64,000 bases of DNA from a virus: IMG/VR virus record IMGVR_UViG_3300017917_004266, positions 1 to 64,000 of that record; one strand, given 5' to 3'. The notes under the pieces were generated by a model. It had not been told where the DNA came from, did no database searches, and was given only the letters and a program-made list of their open reading frames with translations. The first letter of the stretch is position 1, and each line of letters opens with the position of its first letter. The translations under genes and the position numbers were made by a program. This document shows positions 8,700 through 17,358 of the stretch, piece after piece.

Positions 8700-11387
8700 A
8701 TGGCAGATTTTAATGTAGATGTTAATTTGCCTAGTACGATTAGCGTGGATGTAACATCACCAACTCAAGCTTTAGCTACTAATATTTCAATTCCTGGACC
8801 TCAAGGACCAAGAGGAGAAAAAGGTAATCCAACAAGCATTAATAATTTAATAGCAGAAAATATAATAATAACTGGCACAGATGGTAATATAATAACAACT
8901 AGTGGGGTTAATACAATTTTTATTTCTGGCAATAGTGGATATTTTCAGTCAGCAGTAAATACATTAACAACTAATTTAAATAGTACTGGTTCATCTTTAA
9001 ATAATTCAATAAATAATTTAAGTGGATTGTTTACTGTATATACTGGAAATTTAGATAATACTTATGCTACAGATGCTCAATTAAATTCAACTGGTTCAAA
9101 TTTAAATAATAAAATAACTTCATTGAGTGGAACATTAACCTCTACATATGCAACAATATCAAATCTAGCCGCGACAGGCTCCACTTTAACTTCTAATATA
9201 AATTCTCTTAACTCTGCTTTTACTGGATTTACTGGAAATCTTGATGCAACATATGCAACAGACACTCAACTTGCTAATACTGGTTCAATATTAAATACAA
9301 AAATAGATAATTTAAGTGGTTATGTAAATTCTCAAAATTTGTCAATTTCTAATAACTTAGTTTCTACTGGATCAACTCTTCAAAGTAATATAAATACAGT
9401 TTCATCTAATTTAATTCTTACAGGAAATTCTTTAAATTCAAATATATCTTCATTGAGTGGTACTTTGGTAAATAATTATTATCTTAAATCAAATCCTAGT
9501 GGTTTTATAACGGGAATTAATCTTTCTAATTATGTAACAAAAACAGATGGTCAATTTAACAATCGTCCAATAGTTAATGGTACTGGCATTTTGCTAAGTG
9601 GAGAAGCTTATTCTTTAAATAATCCATCTGGATTCATAACTGGAGTAGACCTTACATCTTATGTTACGATAAGTGAAACTGGTAATTTTTATTCAAATTC
9701 TAATCCAAGTGGATTTATTACATCTTCAAATGTAGCTTTAACTTATGCTACGATTAACAATCTTAGTTCTACTGGTAATACTTTACAAACTCAAATTAAT
9801 AATCTTGGAAATACATACGCAACAACAACAAATCTCATATCAACTGGATCAACTTTAAATAGTAGTATCAATTCTTTAAGTGGCGTATTAACATCTAACT
9901 ACGCAACTATTAATAACTTAACGAATACTGGTAGCACATTACAAAATAATATAAATTCACTTAGTGGCAGTTCAGTTTTACTTTATGGAGATCAAAGTAT
10001 TGGTGGAACGAAAACTTTTAGAGATAAAGTTTATATTAATAGTCTTTATGTTACTGGCACAGAAACAATTTTAAATACAACAAACAATAATATAGCAAGT
10101 CCATATTTACTTTTAAATCTAACTGGTGGATTAACTGACGGAGGAATTTTCTTTGTTACTGGAAGTGGATTAACTGGGATAAATGATACTGGAGTTATAT
10201 TTGGTTTTGATAATGTAACAAAAACTTGGCATTTTGGTCAAGGTACAAGATTAACAGACATTTCTACTCTTGATGAAGTAATGGGTTATCACGATCTTAC
10301 TGGTTATAGTGGTTATGCTAATAATATTTTTAGTACAATAACAAATTTAGCAAATACAGGATCTACATTACAAACTAATATAAATACAATTTCATCAAAT
10401 TTAATAAATACTGGAAGCGTATTAGATGGAAAAATAAGTTCACTTAGCGGTACTTTAACTTCTACATATGCCACAATAAATAATCTTGCTTCGACTGGAT
10501 TGACTTTACAAACAAATATAAATAACCTCAGTGGTTATATAAATTCTTCAAGTAGTAATATAGTATTTACTACTGGAAATCAAAATATATCTGGAACTAA
10601 AACTTTTATTAATAATCTAGAAATTCAAGGCACAGGAATCTTTAATGCAATAGACCTTAGCAATATTAGTGACTTTCAATTCTCAGGAACAAATATAAAT
10701 TTAATAGATAGTAATATTTATGTATCTGGTAATGGAACTATTTACATTTCTGGAAATCCTGTATTAACAGGAGTTAATTTATCTAATTACGCAACCATTA
10801 CTAATCTTGCTTCGACTGGAAGTACGTTAGAAGACAAGATAGGTTCGCTAAGTGGTGCGCTAACGAATAATTATGTCACAAAATCTAATGGACAATTTAA
10901 TAATCGTCCAACAGTAAATGGTACGGGAGTATTACTTAGTGGTGAAGCTGCTGGAGGTTCTGTAACTTTACCAAGCGGAATACTTTATACTTCTGGAACA
11001 CAAACTATTAGTGGATCTAAAACTTTTACAAGCACGGGCATATTTAATTCTGGAATTGATTTAAATAATTCTAATTTAATTAATGTTACTCCAGAAATAA
11101 TTAATGTTTCATCTAATTTTAATATTTCTGGAAATTATAGTAGTAGAATGATTATGGCGAATTCAGCAGCCGAAATTACAGGAACAATAGTTAGCGGAAA
11201 TCCTTTAGGGTTTAATACAACAATTATACAAATTGGTTCAGGGCAAATTTTAATTACTGGATTAGGAAATGGAATAATTATAAATGAATACGCAAGTCAA
11301 TATAGAACAGCAGGAAGATTTGCTGCAATATCTATTCTTCATACTGGAAACAATGGTTATATAATGTACGGAAATACAGGGCCATGA
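8700..11387 (+). CDS. Long fibre protein with coiled-coil repeats
   Basis: Short collagen-like GPQGPRGEKG, about 8 YAT-x-x-(N/Q)L-x-x-TG-x-x-L repeats, 3 Q-x-I-x-G-x-KTF motifs, duplicated GQFNNRPxVNGTGxLLSGEA. Confidence 0.75.
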   Translation: MADFNVDVNLPSTISVDVTSPTQALATNISIPGPQGPRGEKGNPTSINNLIAENIIITGTDGNIITTSGVNTIFISGNSGYFQSAVNTLTTNLNSTGSSLNNSINNLSGLFTVYTGNLDNTYATDAQLNSTGSNLNNKITSLSGTLTSTYATISNLAATGSTLTSNINSLNSAFTGFTGNLDATYATDTQLANTGSILNTKIDNLSGYVNSQNLSISNNLVSTGSTLQSNINTVSSNLILTGNSLNSNISSLSGTLVNNYYLKSNPSGFITGINLSNYVTKTDGQFNNRPIVNGTGILLSGEAYSLNNPSGFITGVDLTSYVTISETGNFYSNSNPSGFITSSNVALTYATINNLSSTGNTLQTQINNLGNTYATTTNLISTGSTLNSSINSLSGVLTSNYATINNLTNTGSTLQNNINSLSGSSVLLYGDQSIGGTKTFRDKVYINSLYVTGTETILNTTNNNIASPYLLLNLTGGLTDGGIFFVTGSGLTGINDTGVIFGFDNVTKTWHFGQGTRLTDISTLDEVMGYHDLTGYSGYANNIFSTITNLANTGSTLQTNINTISSNLINTGSVLDGKISSLSGTLTSTYATINNLASTGLTLQTNINNLSGYINSSSSNIVFTTGNQNISGTKTFINNLEIQGTGIFNAIDLSNISDFQFSGTNINLIDSNIYVSGNGTIYISGNPVLTGVNLSNYATITNLASTGSTLEDKIGSLSGALTNNYVTKSNGQFNNRPTVNGTGVLLSGEAAGGSVTLPSGILYTSGTQTISGSKTFTSTGIFNSGIDLNNSNLINVTPEIINVSSNFNISGNYSSRMIMANSAAEITGTIVSGNPLGFNTTIIQIGSGQILITGLGNGIIINEYASQYRTAGRFAAISILHTGNNGYIMYGNTGP

Positions 11388-12337
11388 TAGCATCTCAAGC
11401 AGGTATTATTAGTTCTCGAAGAAAAAAAATAAATCCAACGGAATTTAATAATTTTAGATATACTAAAGTAGAATATAATAATCCAGTATATTTTACGCAA
11501 AGTCCACCTGGAGCCAAATATAATTTTACTGCAAGACATATTTATAATTATAATAAAAATACCAATTCTTTTACTTTTTTGGGAGTACAAAAAGCTCAAA
11601 GTTTAAAAAGAATCAAAAGTTATATATCTGAATTTAATTTTTACGGATCAACTCCTAGTAGTTTAGATGGAGTTTATACAAGAGATAATATAAATAGCGC
11701 ATATTTCTGGAAAGATGGAATTCCAAACTCAACACAATTTATTCAAAATAATGGAGGTACAGATTGGGATTTTATAGATAACAATAATATTTTTGCACAA
11801 TTTCATGCAGGTACAAACCAAGCTTTTGGTATAGATAATATCGCAGAAGGATATGAATTAAATTATCCTAATATAGGTTATGCTGAAGGTGTAGTATTAG
11901 ATAATTCAACTCTTAATAGCATTAATCAAAATAGATTATATAATAATACTAATCCAGATATTGACAGAGAACAATTTGTTCCAGATGTTAATTTTAATAT
12001 CAATACATGTAATATTTTTGATAAAAAAAATCTTGCTAATAATCAAAAAGTTTTTATTGATGTAAGATGGATAATGTTTGCAGATGGAAAAAGAGTAAAT
12101 GAAATTTATGAATATTATGATCCAGATGAAGAACAATGGATTAGAGTTATTTGGTGGTTAGATAGTACTGGAGGAGGTCTTATGATGAATGATAAAAAAG
12201 GTCATATTTACCGCGCAGGAGTTATTATAAAAGATAATATTATAGATAATATGATTTATTTTAATGATCTTGCTGCAAATAATAGCATAATTCGATCAAT
12301 GCAACAAAAACATAGTTTTGTTCAAGTTGGAATTTAA
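11384..12337 (+). CDS. Hypothetical, probable fibre-associated protein
   Basis: ATGA-coupled to the fibre gene; Asn-rich. Confidence 0.5.
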   Translation: MIASQAGIISSRRKKINPTEFNNFRYTKVEYNNPVYFTQSPPGAKYNFTARHIYNYNKNTNSFTFLGVQKAQSLKRIKSYISEFNFYGSTPSSLDGVYTRDNINSAYFWKDGIPNSTQFIQNNGGTDWDFIDNNNIFAQFHAGTNQAFGIDNIAEGYELNYPNIGYAEGVVLDNSTLNSINQNRLYNNTNPDIDREQFVPDVNFNINTCNIFDKKNLANNQKVFIDVRWIMFADGKRVNEIYEYYDPDEEQWIRVIWWLDSTGGGLMMNDKKGHIYRAGVIIKDNIIDNMIYFNDLAANNSIIRSMQQKHSFVQVGI

Positions 12338-12343
12338 GGAGGT

Positions 12344-12565
12344 ATTTTATAAGTTAAAAATAAAAATTTGCCTGTGTTTGGGTGAACTCGGTGAAGTCTT
12401 AACAGATAATGCTGATGATAATACCGAGCCAAGTTAAGGGCCATCCCTTAAAAGGTGTAGAGACTACTGGAGAGAAAATGGATTCTCTTAATAACCAGCA
12501 AGAGCGCCCAATAGCTAAATGCTAAAGATATAGTCCAACCCTTTAAGAAATTAATGGAAAAGTTG
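12344..12565 (+). ncRNA. Group I intron/ribozyme (subgroup IA-like, no ORF), intergenic
   Basis: P3 TTGGGTG(12378-84)/CGCCCAA(12505-11); P4 CTCGGT/ACCGAG; P6a TTAAGGG/CCCTTAA; R = GGTGTAGAGACTA; P7.1 CTGG/CCAG with AGAGAA/TTCTCT; P8 TAGC/GCTA; S = AAGATATAGTCC; P9 TTAA-GAAA-TTAA; P9.0 AAC/GTT then G. P1 AGGT/GCCT with U.G at 12343/12370. Splice sites are inferred. Confidence 0.85.
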
Positions 12566-12634
12566 GCTGCCTGTGCGGCATCGGTAAAACAACTTAAATA
12601 TTTATATTGATATAGTGTATAAACTATATTATAT

Positions 12635-12643
12635 AGTGTAATA
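12635..12643 (+). promoter_or_regulatory. Putative late promoter motif AGTGTAATA
   Basis: 8 nt before ATG 12652; partial tandem copy ATATAGTGTA at 12610-12619. Confidence 0.6.
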
Positions 12644-12651
12644 ATTATTAT

Positions 12652-13293
12652 ATGACAATAAAAATAGTAGATATAGCAGATGAATTATATCGCGAATTAG
12701 GAGAACCAAGCGATATTAGTATACCTAGTATAGCTTTTTGGCTAAGAACTAATTTAGGTAAATTAAATATTCATCTTAATAAAAAATACTCTATAAATAC
12801 TCTAGATTTAGAAATAGATGCTATTAGTCCAGATTCATTTACCATAGCAGAAAAAACAATTTTTAAAAAACTTTATAACATACATTATTATGATAGACAA
12901 ATTATTAAATTAATAGGAAAATCTAATGCTTTAAATTTAATCAATCAAGATACTTCTACTAGTGGAGAAAATATTACAACTGGATCAGCTAATTCTGATA
13001 CTATTGAAATTTCAGAAAATGGATTTTCATATAGAAAAACAAATAGCGAAAGTACAAGTCAAATTTATAAAAGAGCAACAGATGCGATTAAAGCTAATAC
13101 TCAATTTGTAAGACAATTAGGTTTAAATTTTGTTGAATTAAAAAAAGCAGAGGTAGAAGAATTGAATCATTTAACTAATGATTACAACTTAAATGAAGTG
13201 CATCCAGTCCAAATTGTTGGAGATGATGTCTATGAAGAAGGAAATAGACCTTATAATTACAATTCTTATATTAGAAACTTAGAGAATTTATAA
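12652..13293 (+). CDS. Putative head-tail adaptor
   Basis: First gene of the neck block; helical; assignment mainly by synteny. Confidence 0.45.
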   Translation: MTIKIVDIADELYRELGEPSDISIPSIAFWLRTNLGKLNIHLNKKYSINTLDLEIDAISPDSFTIAEKTIFKKLYNIHYYDRQIIKLIGKSNALNLINQDTSTSGENITTGSANSDTIEISENGFSYRKTNSESTSQIYKRATDAIKANTQFVRQLGLNFVELKKAEVEELNHLTNDYNLNEVHPVQIVGDDVYEEGNRPYNYNSYIRNLENL

Positions 13294-13294
13294 T

Positions 13295-13738
13295 ATGGCA
13301 TCGCTGATACTTAGTACAGAAAAAGCCGCATATCACCAAGCAATAAATGATCATTTTGATACATTTAAAAGACTAATTACTGTTCATAAGACTCCAGCAA
13401 AAAAAATAATTATTTCTACATCAAATCCACAAATGATAGGATATCAAAATGACTCTGTAGAAGGACAAATTGAATATACTCCAGAAAGTCAAAATTTTTA
13501 TGCTATTATAAAATATGAAAATAATAATACTCCAGATTTAGTAGAACAAATACAGATTAAAACAACAAATCCGATTGTATCAATTAAAGTAAAAAGTGAT
13601 GCAAGAAATTATATATTAAATGGTTCTATAGAAAAAATAACTTTCGATAATAAATCTTTTAATGTAATAACTGCAGATATTATTAAAAATTATCAAGGGC
13701 TTGAATATTATTATTTCTATTTAGAAGAAACAAAATAA
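13295..13738 (+). CDS. Putative head closure/stopper protein
   Basis: Size, synteny, beta-rich C-terminus. Confidence 0.45.
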   Translation: MASLILSTEKAAYHQAINDHFDTFKRLITVHKTPAKKIIISTSNPQMIGYQNDSVEGQIEYTPESQNFYAIIKYENNNTPDLVEQIQIKTTNPIVSIKVKSDARNYILNGSIEKITFDNKSFNVITADIIKNYQGLEYYYFYLEETK

Positions 13739-13739
13739 A

Positions 13740-14330
13740 ATGAGTAGAATAAATTATTCTGCTATTAGAAATAAAGTAAAAAATTCAACAAAATTTGAAT
13801 TAACAATAGATAAAAAAATAAAAAATAATTTTGAAGAAATAAAAAATGATTTTATTCAGGATTTTAATAATCATCCAGTAACAGAGGAAATAGAGCAAGG
13901 ACCAAATGCTTCTAATGATTCTGGAACATTAAATGGAGTAGGAAATCTCTTTAGTTATATTGGCTTTGAACAAGGATCAAATCCAATTCAAGTTGTCAAA
14001 AGTTTTATAGAAAATTCTTTTAAATTAAACAGATTAAAATCTAAAAGCACTGGTGATAAAATTAGGATTAATTATAAAATATCTTATCCTACAGATAAAG
14101 ATCTTGATGGAATTACAAGAATGCCTTGGGAAAAAGGTAATAGTTGGCTTATAGGTATTGAAAAAGGAATTTCTGGTTTTAGCAATTATATGTATAAAAG
14201 ATTTGATAAAGGACGATCTAAAATGGGTTTAGAAAGTGAAAATAAAGTTAGAGGTGGCACATTTAAACCTGTTAAATATATGTCGCAAATAGTAAGCGAT
14301 TTTTTAAAAAGTGTAAAGAATATTAAGTGA
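13740..14330 (+). CDS. Putative neck/tail completion protein
   Basis: Basic; SWLIGIEKG and FKPVKYM motifs resemble neck proteins; synteny. Confidence 0.45.
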   Translation: MSRINYSAIRNKVKNSTKFELTIDKKIKNNFEEIKNDFIQDFNNHPVTEEIEQGPNASNDSGTLNGVGNLFSYIGFEQGSNPIQVVKSFIENSFKLNRLKSKSTGDKIRINYKISYPTDKDLDGITRMPWEKGNSWLIGIEKGISGFSNYMYKRFDKGRSKMGLESENKVRGGTFKPVKYMSQIVSDFLKSVKNIK

Positions 14331-15178
14331 AAAGCCAATTTGATAATTTAGTTACATCTAGCATGCTTTTATTTATTGATAATAAATTATGCTCAGTTGG
14401 TGAGGCTTATACAAATTATAGTGGATTATTATATCCAATTAATAATACATATTATTCATATGTAACATATGCTCTTCCATTTAGACAGATTATAGCTGAT
14501 AGTTCTATATCTGGAGCAAATATAATGTCAGGACTGTATATAAATGGATCATTTACTCCTATTAATAGTAGTAATTTAAAAGGAATTAATCATTATCGTG
14601 GACAAGCTTATTTTAATGGTAGTCCTGCTGGAACTGTTAGTGGTTATTATTCCGTTAAAGATTTTAATATATATTTAACAAATAAACCAGAAGAAGAAAT
14701 CTTATTTGAAACACAATATAAAGTAAGACCAAAAGTAGTTCAAAATTTAGATGGTTTAGCTGATAATACAGAAACAATACCTTCTATATTTATTAAATAT
14801 AATGGAGGAACAAATGAGCCTTTCGCTTTTGGTGGCGTAAAAGACTCTATCTTAAATATAAGGGCTATCGTAATAGCAGATAATCTATTTAATCTAGATG
14901 CCGTATGCTCAATATTAAGAGATACCAGCAATAATTTTATATATAATATTACTTCTAGTGAGCTTGGTATGGATAATTTAGGTAATTTTACAGCAGGTTA
15001 TTATAACTATAATAATATAGTAAATAATAAGCTAAATAGCACAGATAAGCTATATATTGATGAAGTTAGGGTAAGTAAAGTATCAAATTTAGGATTTAAT
15101 GGTACTAATTTTAAAAATGTATTATATCCAGCTTTCGTTGATTTTACTCTTAAAAAAGTTAGGAGTAATTTAAATTAA
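14327..15178 (+). CDS. Putative tail terminator protein
   Basis: Immediately before the tail tube; PSIFI...EPFAFGG segment. Confidence 0.45.
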   Translation: MKSQFDNLVTSSMLLFIDNKLCSVGEAYTNYSGLLYPINNTYYSYVTYALPFRQIIADSSISGANIMSGLYINGSFTPINSSNLKGINHYRGQAYFNGSPAGTVSGYYSVKDFNIYLTNKPEEEILFETQYKVRPKVVQNLDGLADNTETIPSIFIKYNGGTNEPFAFGGVKDSILNIRAIVIADNLFNLDAVCSILRDTSNNFIYNITSSELGMDNLGNFTAGYYNYNNIVNNKLNSTDKLYIDEVRVSKVSNLGFNGTNFKNVLYPAFVDFTLKKVRSNLN

Positions 15179-15237
15179 TAAGTTCTCAAGGACTTTAATT
15201 TAATGTAATTTAATATGAATTTATAGGAGAAAAATAT

Positions 15238-16053
15238 ATGGGAAATATAACATACTATCCAGCACAAAAATTAATGATAACAGGTGCAGAGATTAATTTA
15301 GTCCAAAGCGCCGATGTAGATTTTAGTATTAGCCGTCAAGATGTTTATGAATTTGGTAATTTATATGCAGTAGATAATATTCAAGTTGAACCACCTACTG
15401 CTACTTTAAATTTTTCTTATGCTCTAGCTACTGGTATTAATAATCATATTCTTCTTGGACTTAATGATTTAGATAGCGTATTAGGTGATTCAGCAGGTAA
15501 ACAATATACATTAACAGGCGCAGGCCTTCTAACTATTCCAAGTGGTGTTATTAGTTCATATGCTGTTGAAGGTTCTCTTGGTAATGTTCCAACAGTTACA
15601 GTAAGTGTACAAGCTCTTGACGCAACATATAGCGCTGGTAATCCAACTTATCCAGCTGGTTCACTTAATGAAGTTAATGTTATTCGTCCAGATCAAATTA
15701 CAGTTACCCTCGCTGGGACAAACTATGAATGTAGATCTTTCTCATATACACTAGATATTCCTCGTGAATATGTTAATAAACTAGGACAATTAACTCCTAT
15801 CGCTAATAGGCTTACTGGTCCTCCCAAGGTAACAGTAGAAGCCGAAATCATTTTAAGAGATAACGCAAATCCAAAATTCGCAAATGATTCTTCAAACAAT
15901 GTAAATATTGCTTGCGGTTCATTAAACTTTGCAGTTTCTGGAGCTAAGATATCTAACTTTACTTCTAATACGTCATTAGATGAGATTCAAATTGCATCTA
16001 TTACATTAGAAGCACCAGTTAAATCAGCTTCTCAAATTACAATCTCTGCTTAA
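15238..16053 (+). CDS. Major tail tube protein (two-domain)
   Basis: SD AGGAGA; duplicated motif VQSADVDFSISRQDVYEFG...PP / CRSFSYTLDIPREYVNKLG...PP; precedes chaperones and TMP. Confidence 0.7.
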   Translation: MGNITYYPAQKLMITGAEINLVQSADVDFSISRQDVYEFGNLYAVDNIQVEPPTATLNFSYALATGINNHILLGLNDLDSVLGDSAGKQYTLTGAGLLTIPSGVISSYAVEGSLGNVPTVTVSVQALDATYSAGNPTYPAGSLNEVNVIRPDQITVTLAGTNYECRSFSYTLDIPREYVNKLGQLTPIANRLTGPPKVTVEAEIILRDNANPKFANDSSNNVNIACGSLNFAVSGAKISNFTSNTSLDEIQIASITLEAPVKSASQITISA

Positions 16054-16077
16054 GGTTTTAATATTATTATAATAAAC

Positions 16078-16106
16078 TAGACTTTCCGTTTAGTTTATTA
16101 TATAAT
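16078..16106 (+). promoter_or_regulatory. sigma70-like promoter (TAGACT-17-TATAAT) within an inverted repeat
   Basis: ATAATAAACTA...TAGTTTATTAT inverted repeat (~16069-16101) overlaps the -35 and spacer. Confidence 0.55.
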
Positions 16107-16128
16107 ATTTTATAAAGGTTAAAGGTGT

Positions 16129-16344
16129 ATGTCAAAGGAAAGAGATTATTTATCGTTTCAAATACGCAGAAAAATAACTAATTTATTTAAAAATTTTTTT
16201 ATTATTTTAGAAGATATATCTAAAGATAACCCATCTATTTCACAAGAGAAATATAATCAACTCAGAAAAAGGGTTTTAGATTATGGAAATGATACCATAA
16301 GAGAATTAGAAGAAGATTTAAAACAATTTAAAATTAATTTATGA
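16129..16344 (+). CDS. Hypothetical protein
   Basis: 71 aa, helical, preceded by a tandem AAGG SD. Confidence 0.55.
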   Translation: MSKERDYLSFQIRRKITNLFKNFFIILEDISKDNPSISQEKYNQLRKRVLDYGNDTIRELEEDLKQFKINL

Positions 16345-16604
16345 GAAAAAGAATTTTTAATTTTCCAGCTCAATCTATAATTGAGGCAAATTTGAATTTA
16401 CAAACAGTTCAAAGAAGTCTTTCTCAAGAATATAAAATATATACTCCAAAATTAGAAACTTTAACTAGTAATAAATTTATATCTATGTATAAAACTTGGG
16501 ATGAAAAAACAAAAGAAAATTTTGTTAAAACTATAGCTGGCAAACTTAATTTTAAAAAAGTTAAATATTTTTTTGATGAAAAAATAGGAGAAATAAATGA
16601 GTAA
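16341..16604 (+). CDS. Hypothetical protein
   Basis: Coupled ORF. Confidence 0.5.
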   Translation: MRKRIFNFPAQSIIEANLNLQTVQRSLSQEYKIYTPKLETLTSNKFISMYKTWDEKTKENFVKTIAGKLNFKKVKYFFDEKIGEINE

Positions 16605-17358
16605 ATATATATATAATTTTACAGAAAATCAAACTGTTGAAATTGAAAAAGTTGAAGAATCAACTAATGAAAATAATGAATTAGTTAAAACAATTAAAAA
16701 AATAAAAGAAGAAAAACCTTTAGAATTTGCAATTAAAAAACCAACAAGAGCTATGTTAGATGATGCTGAACTTTTTTATGGAGTTAAATTAGCAGAAGGA
16801 ATTAAAGCTGGAATGTTAACTAGAACTCTTATGGTAAAAAAATATGATAAAGACGGTGGAATATTTACAGAAGGAGAAGTAGAGAAGATCAAACTCCTTT
16901 TAGAAGAACTTGCTAATGTTCAATTAAAATATCAGCTTTATCTAGATAAAGAAGAAAAAAAAGAAGATTTAACAGAAGAAGAAAAGAAAGAAAAATTAAA
17001 TTTAGAAAATCAAGTAAATACTCTTAGATTAGAGTTAATTGAACTAGAGAATACTAAAAATAATATTTTCGAACAAACTGCGGAAAACAGAGCTAAAAAT
17101 AAAGTTATGATGTGGTGGGTTCTTTTTCTATCATATAAGAAAGATGGAGAAAATTTTATCCCATTATTTGGAGAAGGCACTTACGAGCAAAGACTTAAGA
17201 AGTATGACGAAATTGAAGAAAGCGATGATGAGTTTTTAAAGAAAGTATTAGTTAAATTTGCTTATTTTATCAGTTTCTGGTATTCTGGTAAAGCTGTAAA
17301 ATCTGAAGATTTTAAAGTTATTGAAGATTACTTAAAGGAACAAGGTAATCAAGATTGA
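16597..17358 (+). CDS. Putative tail assembly chaperone
   Basis: Acidic coiled coil, lies between tube and TMP. Confidence 0.5.
   Translation: MSKYIYNFTENQTVEIEKVEESTNENNELVKTIKKIKEEKPLEFAIKKPTRAMLDDAELFYGVKLAEGIKAGMLTRTLMVKKYDKDGGIFTEGEVEKIKLLLEELANVQLKYQLYLDKEEKKEDLTEEEKKEKLNLENQVNTLRLELIELENTKNNIFEQTAENRAKNKVMMWWVLFLSYKKDGENFIPLFGEGTYEQRLKKYDEIEESDDEFLKKVLVKFAYFISFWYSGKAVKSEDFKVIEDYLKEQGNQD

Noticed and set aside
9549-10949. DGR template/variable repeat pair in the fibre gene
   Set aside because: Differences are mostly synonymous and not adenine-specific; no reverse transcriptase in the window.
11373-11878. Distant 5' splice sites pairing with the intron guide (ATGCAGGT 11805, ATATAGGT 11871, AAATACAGG ~11373)
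   Set aside because: They rely on several G.U pairs or lack the U.G, and splicing there gives no sensible protein; the local P1 is simpler. Not formally excluded.
17300-17358. Programmed -1 frameshift joining the two tail chaperones (lambda G/GT type)
   Set aside because: The -1 frame has TAA at 17346-48 and the remaining overlap has no slippery heptamer; a TTG start with SD explains the second ORF.
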